This document shows positions 40,161 to 49,965 of a stretch of DNA of 64,000 bases, in pieces. Within the stretch, counting starts at the first letter, position 1, and the number at the start of each line of letters is the position of its first letter. The stretch lies in contig CAWJQQ010000002.1 of the NCBI GenBank assembly GCA_963845065.1, forward strand, positions 1-64,000. The letters are read 5' to 3'. The DNA comes from Nitrospirota bacterium. Its GTDB lineage: Bacteria; Nitrospirota; UBA9217. The notes under the pieces are model-generated. The model saw nothing but the letters and a program-made list of their open reading frames with translations. It was not told the origin of the DNA and made no database searches. The position numbers and the translations under genes are program-made.

Positions 40161-40900
40161 TTAGGCGTCAATCCAAATGGAGGCATGAAAATGACACGGG
40201 TCCGAGTTGAGAGCTTTACCATCTCGCTTGACGGATACGGAGCTGGTCCGGGTCAGGACATCAATAATCCGCTCGGCGTGGGTGGGACAGCTTTGCACCA
40301 GTGGGCACTCCCGACGCGCACGTTCCAGCGTGCCTTATTTGGCGCCGACGGTGGCACAACGGGGATTGATAACGAGTTCGCCGCGCGAGGCTTTAATAAA
40401 GTTGGCGCTTGGATTCTCGGAAGGAACATGTTCGGACCGATTCGTGGTCCCTGGCCCGACATGAACTGGAAAGGTTGGTGGGGGGACAACCCACCCTATC
40501 ACGTTCCAGTCTTCATCTTGACTCATCACGCGCGCCCGCCCATCCAGATGGAAGGCAATACGACATTCCACTTCGTCACAGACGACATTCACGCAGCGCT
40601 TGACCAGGCGCGCGATGTGGCCAATGGGATGGACGTACGCATTGGCGGTGGACCTAACACCATACAGCAGTACCTTCGTGCGAGTCTCATTGATGAGCTG
40701 CACTTCGTTATCGCTCCGATCCTGCTAGGTGGAGGAGAACGACTGTTTGAAGCCGTTGACTTGCGAGCTCTAGGATACGAATGCGTCCAATTCGCGGCGT
40801 CGGAGAAAGCCACCCATGTTGTACTCCGGCGCAAGAAGCGTAATGACGCCTAACGACCGGTTTCACCGGACGGTGCTATCGCCGCCGCCGAACCGGAGCG
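40161..40900 (+). mobile_element. Integron gene cassette outside an integron
   Basis: G|TTAGGC at 40160, single ORF, complementary GCCTAAC overlapping its stop codon. Confidence 0.8.
40185..40853 (+). CDS. Dihydrofolate reductase-like (RibD C-terminal domain) protein
   Basis: TISLDGY, ILGRNMF, VFILTHH, VRIGGG, LIDELH..APILLGGGERLF. Confidence 0.9.
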   Translation: MKMTRVRVESFTISLDGYGAGPGQDINNPLGVGGTALHQWALPTRTFQRALFGADGGTTGIDNEFAARGFNKVGAWILGRNMFGPIRGPWPDMNWKGWWGDNPPYHVPVFILTHHARPPIQMEGNTTFHFVTDDIHAALDQARDVANGMDVRIGGGPNTIQQYLRASLIDELHFVIAPILLGGGERLFEAVDLRALGYECVQFAASEKATHVVLRRKKRNDA

Positions 40901-40906
40901 TTGAAT
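40848..40906 (+). other. attC site (59 bp)
   Basis: R'' GCCTAAC, ccggtttcaccggac..gccgccgaaccgg imperfect dyad, R' GTTGAAT (GTTRRRY). Confidence 0.8.
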
Positions 40907-41282
40907 GTAATTATCAATCAATAGTCTGTATTGAAATTTTGTCAACAGGACTGCAAGTTTGTAGGTGGAGTAGAGATGTCCATAATTAGAGAAGAGGTGT
41001 AAACTTGCATTTGAAATATGAGGCGCATTCTTCTTCCTGAAGTTATTATGCATCGGTCGCCATTGCGACCTTGCAGCTGCAAATTATAATGCCGACAGTC
41101 AACATACTCTTTCCATTACCCCGTTGGATTATTTTGGAGGAGCCATAGAAATCAGGGGCTTAAGTAAAGCGCTTAGCCCTTTTTTCATTTAAGGCAACCG
41201 CTATGGTAACCGTTGTTTTTTCCCTTTCTATCTCTTTCAGTTACCGATTGACAAATAGTATTACCTGTAGTATCATCCAAAA

Positions 41283-41513
41283 GTGAGCAAGAATGAATAA
41301 GCCGTAGCCAAAATGCGCGAGAATCAAGCCGGCTGGAGAGTAGAAGATCTTCAGGCGATTGCTCGCAGATACGGGATAGACTGGCGGCATGACGGCGGAA
41401 GCTATTGCGTATTCATCACGAAGTCCGGCAGAACGCTTCCAGTTCCCGCAAAAAAGCCGATCAAGCCGGTCTATATCAAAAAGTTCTTGCTGCTCCTGGA
41501 GGAAAAGGCATGA
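41283..41513 (+). CDS. hicA: HicA-family toxin; early stop at codon 6, possible restart at ATG 41313
   Basis: GTG-SKNE-TAA-AVAK-MRENQAGW..GGSY..PVPAKKPIKPVYIK. Confidence 0.7.
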
Positions 41514-41863
41514 AAAAGAAATTATCATATCCTATCGAAGTCAGGCCGCTCTCCGCTGAAGAGGGGGGCGGGTATTTGGTCAGTTTCCCCGATTTCAATG
41601 AGTGCATCGCCGATGGTGAAACCATAGAAGAGGCCATTGCTGAAGGTGAAAAGGCGCTTAAAGCCGTAATCGCCACACTCAAAAAAAAGGGCTTGCCGAT
41701 ACCGCAACCGGGAAGCTACGGGGCCTATTCCGGAAAATTTGTTCAGCGCCTTCCCAAGAGTCTCCATGCTCGTCTACAAGCGCAAGCACGGCGTGAAGGG
41801 GTCAGCATCAACACGCTTGCCATTTCCTATATTGCGGAAGGGCTGGGGCGGAAAGTGGCATAA
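41510..41863 (+). CDS. hicB: HicB antitoxin
   Basis: EEGGGYLVSFPDF..GETIEEA, YSGKFVQRLPKSLH..EGVSIN. Confidence 0.92.
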   Translation: MKKKLSYPIEVRPLSAEEGGGYLVSFPDFNECIADGETIEEAIAEGEKALKAVIATLKKKGLPIPQPGSYGAYSGKFVQRLPKSLHARLQAQARREGVSINTLAISYIAEGLGRKVA

Positions 41864-41878
41864 ATTATCCGGCGATTT

Positions 41879-42702
41879 CTGACCTACCCCATGTCTAAAG
41901 ACAGGGGGTTCTAACGGCAATACCGACAGGCTTTTCGGCAACAATACAGAGGTTGCCGGCATCGACTATCGTTGATCCGTTTTTAACGGGCAAGCAACTC
42001 TGTCTCCGGTTCGTGGTGTTGGCTCTCATGTTGTTAATACCGAAGCTGGCCGGATGAATCCGACCATTTGCCGCTTCAAACTGCACCCTCAACACCGCCC
42101 GTTCGAGGAGCAGGTTTGCACCCGGCCAAGCTGCTGCGGCTTGACGCGTGCCGAGGACATTTTCAAAAACATATTTTGCAAGATATGCGGAGTAGAGATC
42201 GCGTTGAGTGTTTACCCCGCAGTTGCAGTCATGCCACCGTTGGGATAGCGGTTTTTTGGCTACTTCCCCGCAGTGGCATGTCTCTGAAAGCTTCGTGCTC
42301 CGGGTAGAAAATTCAGTTACTTTACCGCCAGCGTTTTCGGCTTTGCAGCGAAGCATCGAAATAAACATCCCCGGAGCGCGTCTTGAAATACTTTTACCAT
42401 AGAGTTTCTGAAATGCTTTGTAAGACAATTTCTCGGTCTTTATGTTGGTTCCGAGTTTAAGAATTTCATTGGCTAACGTGCCATGAGCTCGTTTTCTGGT
42501 TTCAGCCAAAACTCGCTGTAGCTCGGCTAGTTCAGCCTTAAGCGCACGGTATTTAGCAGAGAATATCCACCGCTTTTTACCCTTGCCGGCACCAGTCTTA
42601 GTCGTGCCGTCTTCGTTGTAGTTGTCCGGGTTGGCAGCCCTCAGGCTTCTGGCCATCTTACGCTGAACCACGCGGATTTGTTTGTACGGAATCTCGACAG
42701 AA
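41879..42702 (-). pseudogene. tnpB: 5'-truncated tnpB (family 2) with intact right end
   Basis: TEKLSYKAFQ..QRDLYSA; lacks RuvC-I and the left end. Confidence 0.9.
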
Positions 42703-42812
42703 CACTCACGCATGAAAACTAACAAAACGTTTGATAATTGTTCTCTTCTTTTTGTATACTCGGTATCCTTTCTTTACGGTCATACACCCATCTTGAAGCA
42801 CTAAGTAGTCAC

Positions 42813-43595
42813 CTAAAGATGGACTGGCATTTGATCAACGGCCAATACTGTCCCTGATTCAATTTCAATAAGACGAGTATTTATTACGTCTTTATATGAA
42901 TTATATCGACCTCGAACACGGGCATAAGAAATATCCAATATATGAGTTGCTCCCGTCATTTCTCCAATTTTCATTCTTAATTTATCGGAAATAAAGCCTA
43001 CTTGGTTAAACTGAAATTCATACAAAATCTGTATTAATTGCATGCGGTCAACTATAGAGAAATTATTATTATTTCCAAAAGCAGATAGGTAGAAACCCTC
43101 TTGCTGGGACTGCAAAACATTTCTGATCGAATCTGCCCATTCTGCCGACGCATTCGGGAATGTATTTTTAACCTCACCAATAACTATTGCTAAAGACACT
43201 TTATTGTTTTTTGCTAAAATCTTTATTATAGATATTCCTGCCTGTCGTACTTTGACAACTTTTGGCTCAACATCAAAATTGATTTGTTTTCCATTACGAT
43301 TGATTACCAATAGTACATGATCGCCACGGAGCTCATTGTTTATCAGAGATATAATTTCTATATCATTTTTGTATTTTTTCCCATCAATGGAAACAACAAT
43401 ATCTCCACGTTTTATACCTGCACGTTCTGCAGGGAAGCCCTTCATTACTTCTTTAACAACCATATTATTATTTATATTTTCTGACCGCAAACCGATTCTT
43501 ATAACCTCAACATCATTCGTCTCCGGATGTGTTTGTACCCCAGCACAACCAACAAGCAGGCCCATATACAAAATAAGGATTGATATTTTTCGCAT
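42813..43595 (-). CDS. PDZ-domain lipoprotein with CsgG-like C-terminal domain
   Basis: Lipobox LVGC, PAERAGIKRGDIVVSIDG, IVDR..IGEMTGA..RLIEIESG; low GC. Confidence 0.8.
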   Translation of the reverse strand: MRKISILILYMGLLVGCAGVQTHPETNDVEVIRIGLRSENINNNMVVKEVMKGFPAERAGIKRGDIVVSIDGKKYKNDIEIISLINNELRGDHVLLVINRNGKQINFDVEPKVVKVRQAGISIIKILAKNNKVSLAIVIGEVKNTFPNASAEWADSIRNVLQSQQEGFYLSAFGNNNNFSIVDRMQLIQILYEFQFNQVGFISDKLRMKIGEMTGATHILDISYARVRGRYNSYKDVINTRLIEIESGTVLAVDQMPVHL

Positions 43596-43843
43596 AATTA
43601 AGTTTTTGTTTTCCTAAGAGAGCATTTTATGCTTTCTATAAAAATCCGTCAAGGAGGGCCCATCTGCTCCATGAGGGAACAAAATCAGCAAGGCCAGGCA
43701 TGATTGCCTGACCTTGCAATTACCAAATGTTCCACAAAAAATGATCCAGCCAAAAGTAGAAAGTTCTTGCTTGTAAGATACAACCTGTTTATTACGCCGT
43801 TTTCAAAAAAAAAGCATTCCACACTAGGTGAAACGGATATGCA

Positions 43844-43983
43844 TATAATATTAGAGACGGCGTAGAATTCATCTCGTATCATTGCATTTAGTGACAAGGT
43901 TTTCTGTCAACAGCGACATCCTGGAGCAGTGGAGTTAGCATTATTAGCAACGGTCAATACTTCGTTCCGAATTTATCAAGTAT
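43844..43983 (-). repeat. Dispersed promoter-like repeat, copy 3
   Basis: TTGACA-18-TGCAAT on the minus strand, upstream of the PDZ gene. Confidence 0.7.
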
Positions 43984-44183
43984 GCAAACTCAAAAATAAC
44001 CAAGTCTGTTACGGTTGCGGTACTTTAAGACGGATATCCGGATTCTGCGGTTGATAACCTGAAAATCCGGATGTGATCTATATCTATATTGCTGGTTGAT
44101 TTCCTAATCACCATGCCTTGACAAATTGCATGCACTGGAGTAGTATTGTCTTACAAATATCTTACTTAGTCTGGAGGCCAATT

Positions 44184-44435
44184 ATGCTGACGACAACGCT
44201 TTCAAGTAAAGGCCAGGTCATCATCCCAAAGGAAATCCGAAACCGGCATCACTGGGAGCCTGGACAGAAATTGCAGGCTATTGAGACGAATGACGGCATC
44301 CTCCTTAGGCTGATGTCCCCTTTCCCTGAGACCGCGTTAAAAGATGTGGCTTCGTGCCTTGCCTATGCAGGCAAGGCTAAAACCATTGAGGAAATGGAAG
44401 CAGCCATCAAAAAAGGGGCTAGGGAGCATAAATAA
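44184..44435 (+). CDS. AbrB/MazE-fold antitoxin
   Basis: TTLSSKGQVIIPKEIR..PGQKL. Confidence 0.9.
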   Translation: MLTTTLSSKGQVIIPKEIRNRHHWEPGQKLQAIETNDGILLRLMSPFPETALKDVASCLAYAGKAKTIEEMEAAIKKGAREHK

Positions 44436-44824
44436 TGATCAGCGTTGATACCAACATCATTGTCCGTTTATTGACCGGCGATGATCATGATCAAGCCTGG
44501 AAAGCCCATATATTATTCAAGAAATCCGAAGTGTTTATTACCGAAACGGTTATCTTGGAATCTGAATGGGTCCTACGATATGCTTATGGTTTCGGAGTCG
44601 TTGAGATACATGCTGCCCTTTCTAAATTGTTCGGTCTACCTAATATTATCCTTCCGAATCCTCACCGAATCCAAGAGGCGCTTGTGTGGTACTCTGACGG
44701 ACTGGATTTTGCCGATGCCCTTCATCTGGCCTCCAGCCAACCATGTAAATCCTTCTTTACCTTCGACCACAAATTCGTTCGTGAAGCTCAAGGGCTCAGC
44801 AAATGTACTGTGAAAGAGCCATAG
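44435..44824 (+). CDS. vapC: VapC/PIN toxin
   Basis: ISVDTNIIVR, VILESEWVL, LDFADALH, FTFD. Confidence 0.92.
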   Translation: MISVDTNIIVRLLTGDDHDQAWKAHILFKKSEVFITETVILESEWVLRYAYGFGVVEIHAALSKLFGLPNIILPNPHRIQEALVWYSDGLDFADALHLASSQPCKSFFTFDHKFVREAQGLSKCTVKEP

Positions 44825-45167
44825 CAATTTTGTAGCTGTTTGCCCTCGATCGAGCAGGGCAAATTGTAGACGAAATCAACCGCAAAATCCGGATTGTAAA
44901 ACTATTGTACAGTTTAGAAAAGTTGCAAAATCAACCGCAGAATCCGGATACCCTTTAAAACACCGAAACTTCACATGCATTCCTATTGATTAAATCTGCT
45001 AATTATTGTTATTTTATGAAATATCCCCAAAATACCCCCCTTCACAACTTGTCTTTTAGTGCTATAGTATTGGTAATATATGCGTGCGAATACCTGCCTT
45101 AGTTTCGTAAAACAATAGATATCAGAGTATGCACATAACTTGCTTACTATTTTTCTTTGATAAATAG

Positions 45168-45255
45168 TTTGTCACGATAAAGCCAAACCCTTTGCGAGAG
45201 GGGGACGGAAAGCCATGGGTCTTAAAAGAACAGGCGGCCGAGTGGCAGAAGGACT
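45168..45255 (+). ncRNA. c-di-GMP-I (GEMM) riboswitch
   Basis: GCCAAACCCTTT-GCGA-GAGGGGGACGGAAAGCCATGGGTCT..GCCGAGTGGCAGA fits the P2 GNRA loop and P3 consensus. Confidence 0.85.
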
Positions 45256-45390
45256 AGTTCATTCTGTGTGTTCGCATAATTATTTTAGGCAGTGATGTAC
45301 TAACATGACCTGTTAAAGTTCGTGTAGTTCGTTAGCTGGTGTGCGAATGCTCATACGGCATTGGTGGATCTTGCTAAAAAGGGAGAATCT

Positions 45391-48009
45391 ATGAAAAATG
45401 TCGGATTATGGATAACAGCTATAACGACCTGCGTAATGACGATTTTTGTTCTGTCTGCATGCAGCGGCGGCGGTACAAACCCACTTCCCACACAGACATT
45501 CACCGTGACCTATAGCGGCAACGGTAGCACCGGCGGCGGCGTCCCGACCGATACTAACACTTACACTCAGGGGGCTACCGTCACGGTGTTCGGGAATACA
45601 ACCAACCTTGTTAAAACCGGAAATTCCTTCGCCGGCTGGAACACTGCGGCTAACGGATCCGGCGAGACTTACACTCCAGGGGCGACCTTCACGATGGGTT
45701 CGGCGAATGTCACCCTGTACGCGATGTGGACTTTAACCTCAAGCTTCGCGTATACCGTGACCTATAACGGCAACGGGAATACCAGTGGCAGCGTCCCTGT
45801 TGATCCTAACACTTACACTCAGGGGGCTACCGTCACGGTGCTCGGGAATACGGGCAACCTCGTAAATACCGGATATACCTTCGTGGGTTGGAATACGCAG
45901 GCTAACGGATCCGGAACCACCTATACGCAGGGGCAGACCTTTGCGATGGCTGCGGCAAGTGTCACGCTGTACGCGATGTGGACCACTAGCCCCACGTATA
46001 CCGTAACCTATAACGGCAACGGCAATACCGGTGGCAGCGTCCCGATTGACACGACCAACTATGTGCAGGGACAAACGGTAGCGGTATTCGGGAATACCGG
46101 CAACCTTGTAAATACCGGGTATTCCTTCTCGAGCTGGAACACGGCGGCTAACGGAACCGGAACATCCTATACGCCGGGGCAGACCTTCCCGATGGGTTTC
46201 GCAAATGTCACCCTGTATGCAATGTGGACGGTAACGATAGCACGTGAAATTTATGTGGCCAATAATTCGATTGATACGGTTTCCGTATTTAATTCATCCT
46301 TAGGCGGTAATGTGAGTCCACTAAGACAATTCGGCTGCCTTACGGGCATGAAGCTCCCAATTGGCGTTGCCGTGGACACGGTAAATAACGAAATCTTTGT
46401 GGCTAACGCCGAGAACAACTCAATCACGGTATATGGTATAACGGCCACCGGCAATATCGCACCGGTAAGTACCATCACCGGAACAAACACAGGCTTGCGC
46501 AGCCCAGGCGGCATCGCTGTGGACACGGTAAATAGCGAAATCTTTGTGGCTAATTTCGGGAACGACTCAATCACGGTATATAGCACGACAGCCACCGGAA
46601 ATGTCGCACCGGTAAGTACCATCACTGGAACAAACACTAGATTGAGCGGACCAGTCGGTTTAGCCGTAGACACGGTAAATAACCAGATCTTTGTGGCTAA
46701 CGATATCAGCTCCATTACAGTATATGGAATTACAGACACAGGCAATGTTGCACCGGTGAGAAATATCTCCGGCGCAAGCACTGGTTTGAGCAGCTCATAC
46801 GGCATTGCCGTGGACACGGTAAATAACCAGATCTTTGTGACTAACTTCGGGAACAACTCGGTCACGGTATATGGGCGTGCAGACACAGGCAATGTCACAC
46901 CAGTAAGTACGATTACCGGTACAAACACAGGCTTGAGCTACCCATACGGCATTGCTGTGGACACGGGAACTAATCAGATTTTTGTGGCTAACTCTTCGAC
47001 TGGGAGCAACTCCTCAATCACGGTATATGGGAGGACAGCTAGCGGCAATGTCACACCGGTAAGTACCATCACAGGCACGAGCACAGCCTTACGCGGCCCA
47101 TCCCTCATTGCTTTGGATACGATAAATGGTCAAATTTTTGTGGCGAACCAAACGAACAACTCAGTCACGACATATAGGATTACAGACGCAGGCAATGTCA
47201 CACCGGTAAGTAATATCTCCGACCTAAGCACCGGCTTGGGTAGCCCAACCGGCATAGCCGTGGACACGGTACATAGCCAGATCTTTGTGGCTAACTTAGG
47301 GTACGGGTCCAACTCAGTTACGGTATATGGTAGTACAGACACAGGCAATGTCACACCGGTAAGTACCATCACCGGCACAAGCACTGGCTTGATTAGCCCA
47401 TGGGGCATTGCCGTGGACACGGTTAATAACCAGATCTTTGTGGCCAACGCCGGGAGCAACTCAATCACGGCATATGAAAGTACAGTCAGCGGCAATGTCA
47501 TACCGGTAAGTACCATCACCGGCACAAGTACTGGCTTGAGTTTACCATACGGCATAGCCGTGGACGCGGTACATAACGAGATCTTTGTGACTAATCAGGG
47601 AAACAATTCAATCACGGTATATGGCAGGACAGCGACCGGCAATTCCACACCGGTAAGTACTATCACCGGCACAAACACAGGCTTGGGTGCCCCATCCGGC
47701 ATTGCCGTGGACACGGTACATAACCAGATCTTTGTGGCCAACATCGGGAACAACTCAATCACGGCATATGAAAGTACAGTCAGCGGCAATGTCATACCGG
47801 TAAGTACTATCACCGGCACAAACACAGGCTTGGATGGCCCAACCGGCATTGCCGTGGACACGGTAAATAACCTGATCTTTGTAGCTAACTTTTTGAACAA
47901 CTCAATCACGTCATATGGGAGTACAGCCAGTGGCAATGTCACACCAGTTAGTACCATCACAGGTATAAGCACAGGCTTGAGCAAGCCATGGGGTATTGCG
48001 CTGCAGTGA
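45391..48009 (+). CDS. Surface lipoprotein: three InlB B-repeat (Flg_new) domains plus about 11 NHL-like beta-propeller repeats
   Basis: Lipobox LSAC; YTVTYNGNG..FxGWNT..VTLYAMW x3; PxGIAVDTVNNQIFVAN repeats. Confidence 0.9.
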   Translation: MKNVGLWITAITTCVMTIFVLSACSGGGTNPLPTQTFTVTYSGNGSTGGGVPTDTNTYTQGATVTVFGNTTNLVKTGNSFAGWNTAANGSGETYTPGATFTMGSANVTLYAMWTLTSSFAYTVTYNGNGNTSGSVPVDPNTYTQGATVTVLGNTGNLVNTGYTFVGWNTQANGSGTTYTQGQTFAMAAASVTLYAMWTTSPTYTVTYNGNGNTGGSVPIDTTNYVQGQTVAVFGNTGNLVNTGYSFSSWNTAANGTGTSYTPGQTFPMGFANVTLYAMWTVTIAREIYVANNSIDTVSVFNSSLGGNVSPLRQFGCLTGMKLPIGVAVDTVNNEIFVANAENNSITVYGITATGNIAPVSTITGTNTGLRSPGGIAVDTVNSEIFVANFGNDSITVYSTTATGNVAPVSTITGTNTRLSGPVGLAVDTVNNQIFVANDISSITVYGITDTGNVAPVRNISGASTGLSSSYGIAVDTVNNQIFVTNFGNNSVTVYGRADTGNVTPVSTITGTNTGLSYPYGIAVDTGTNQIFVANSSTGSNSSITVYGRTASGNVTPVSTITGTSTALRGPSLIALDTINGQIFVANQTNNSVTTYRITDAGNVTPVSNISDLSTGLGSPTGIAVDTVHSQIFVANLGYGSNSVTVYGSTDTGNVTPVSTITGTSTGLISPWGIAVDTVNNQIFVANAGSNSITAYESTVSGNVIPVSTITGTSTGLSLPYGIAVDAVHNEIFVTNQGNNSITVYGRTATGNSTPVSTITGTNTGLGAPSGIAVDTVHNQIFVANIGNNSITAYESTVSGNVIPVSTITGTNTGLDGPTGIAVDTVNNLIFVANFLNNSITSYGSTASGNVTPVSTITGISTGLSKPWGIALQ

Positions 48010-48576
48010 AGTTTGGTAAGATGGCAGCTATGTTGCCCGACATCTTTTTATACTTTTTTTTGAGCAAGGTGACGCAGGCTGCTTTGGCAGTGTAAGTTAC
48101 ATGTAGTAATCTTTGCCCTTGTCACAATTTTGGCGGTGCAGACTTGTAGGTGATATCTTTACTCGCGCGGGCAAGATACTATCTTTCAGCGTAAAGAGTG
48201 TACTGCCTGGCGATAAGTACGATGCGGGAACTTGCCGGATGAAAGAATTATTAGTATCATTTCTCCAGAAGCTGAGACCAATGCCAGAATGGTAAAATGA
48301 AGAATCTGAATAAATCGGAAACTTATTATTTGTAGAAATCGACATCTGTCCTCGTTGCCGTCTTCCCTCTCCAATATTAATAATATGTCGCTTCAGGGTT
48401 AAGTGTGGGAACCCCTAATATATTGATATAGGCAGTTTTCGCGCTCAAAGGATAACTGCCCGATAATGCGAGGCTTTCCACCTTAACTGCTAGAATTTAT
48501 GCTTTTCCCCAACGCTGCTTTTTGGTGCTTCCCACACTCGTTCCAGAAGGACCAATAATATATTTACAATGTAATT

Positions 48577-48795
48577 ATGGCGCATTTGACATTCAACTGG
48601 GACAGAGGGAAAAGTGCGTCAAATCAAGAGAAGCACGGCGTATCCTTCGAGGAGGCGCAGACCGTTTTTCGTGACGAGAATGCATAGATCATACATGATC
48701 CAGATCATTCCGATGATGAGGATCGATTCATCCTTCTTGGATTAAGTGTCAAGTTCAGAGCATTGGTTGTATGCCACTGTTATCGAAAGAAATGA
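48577..48795 (+). pseudogene. BrnT toxin pseudogene
   Basis: FNWD..NQEKHGVSFEEAQTVF.D..*(48685)..DPDHSDDEDRFILLG; truncated. Confidence 0.85.
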
Positions 48796-49293
48796 ACGTC
48801 ACTGTTGACAGAGCGGCTTTTCGACTGAAACCAGGGGGGTTGGCTTTCCTATCGCCTTTCTTACGGAGCGCAAGCCATGATTGATAGGACTGCCGAAGCT
48901 CTTCCAGGATTGCCTGAGAGCTCTGGGAGTGCAGCCGGCTATACCAGAGCGGACGCTCTTGTTTAAGAGCGATATCGAGCTCGGGGTAGGTAGGGATTTT
49001 CCCTGTGTCCGCCCAGACTTTTCTGGTATGTCACACAGCGGTGTTCCAAAGCTTCGTTGCGGAAAAACCAAGTAGCCCGAGCGACAGAGCTGTGCTGTCG
49101 TCCGTTACCAATGCTTTACCAACGACAGTCATGGTTTGTACAGAGGAATCTTGGGCTGAATCAGACATGAAAGCAGTTATATCAGGCAGGTGAACTTTTG
49201 TCAATGTCTGATCAGGAACAGCAATTCCTTGTGTGCTTCGCTACAAGCGCCTTATATCCCCGTCCTCACGGCCGAGTTCTTACGGTGCGCAAG
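48796..49293 (-). mobile_element. tnpB: IS200/IS605 remnant (family 3): left end plus 5' tnpB fragment
   Basis: ATG 49168; ATKLWNTAV*..LHSQSSQAILEEL.QSYQSW.ALRKKG..PPGF; left-end-like hairpin 49248-49290. Confidence 0.7.
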
Positions 49294-49326
49294 ATAAATG
49301 ACTACCGTCCTGCCTGGCTCCTCCCA

Positions 49327-49965
49327 TTATCTATGTTCTGGCTCCTCCCTATGTTGCCTTTGCTCAGGACGCTGACCGCGACCTTGTCCCTGTCTCCGTT
49401 GCATCTCCTGTCGATGCCGCTGAACCTCAGGCCTCTGCTGATATTGCCGTTGCCTTTCATTTCTTAGTTGTTGTCTCTGCTGTTGTGGTCGAGGTTGATA
49501 GCCCTGGACACCCCAGCTTCCTCGCCTTTCCCAATATCGATTAGTATGCCAGCCCTGCCAGTTCTGCTGAAGACGTTGGTTCGTTATCCTTTCATAGTTC
49601 CATGGCCGTCCGTGCCAATTATGGTCTCTATAGTATCCTCTCCAACCCGGGTCTACATCGAAATAGAAATTTGGGACCCTATTATAAAAAGCCCAACCCC
49701 GGTCATAGAAACGTGAACGATACCAACGGCCTTCCCAGGGACGCCACCACCAGCCATTCCAGAAAAATAGATCTGCACTTATGTTAGGAGCGACGTACAC
49801 ATCGTTCGTATCAGGCATCGCTATTACATCCGGTGGCCCAGGATATACGATGGGTGGCGGAGGAGGAAAACCGATACCTATATCTACATTTACCTGTGCC
49901 ATTGCGGGAATAGGAACGACTGTTGCCAACGCCAGTAAGATTGTCCACAAAAACAACTTTTTCAT
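49327..49965 (-). CDS. Exported Pro/Trp/Arg-rich protein
   Basis: Signal peptide AMA-Q, PPPPP, FFWNGWWWRPWEGRWY, Gln/Arg tail; preceded in frame by an AbrB-like fragment (50000-50091). Confidence 0.75.
   Translation of the reverse strand: MKKLFLWTILLALATVVPIPAMAQVNVDIGIGFPPPPPIVYPGPPDVIAMPDTNDVYVAPNISADLFFWNGWWWRPWEGRWYRSRFYDRGWAFYNRVPNFYFDVDPGWRGYYRDHNWHGRPWNYERITNQRLQQNWQGWHTNRYWERRGSWGVQGYQPRPQQQRQQLRNERQRQYQQRPEVQRHRQEMQRRQGQGRGQRPEQRQHREEPEHR

Larger units (their letters stand above)
44032..44953. mobile_element. Non-autonomous mini-transposon carrying AbrB-VapC
   Basis: 23-bp IR with one mismatch; 8-bp TSD tttaagac/tttaaaac; extra internal IR copy at 44876. Confidence 0.88.

Noticed and set aside
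41070..41110. tmRNA resume-like sequence ataatgccgac
   Set aside because: No tag ending in AA-stop and no tRNA-like ends
12368..44953. The recurring tcaaccgcaaaatccggataccc motif as a CRISPR repeat or attC
   Set aside because: Copies are dispersed inverted pairs with TSDs, have no regular spacers and lack RYYYAAC/GTTRRRY cores; no cas genes are present
46350..48000. Regular ~150-bp DNA repeats
   Set aside because: They are in-frame protein (NHL-like) repeats; the antisense ORFs here are shadows
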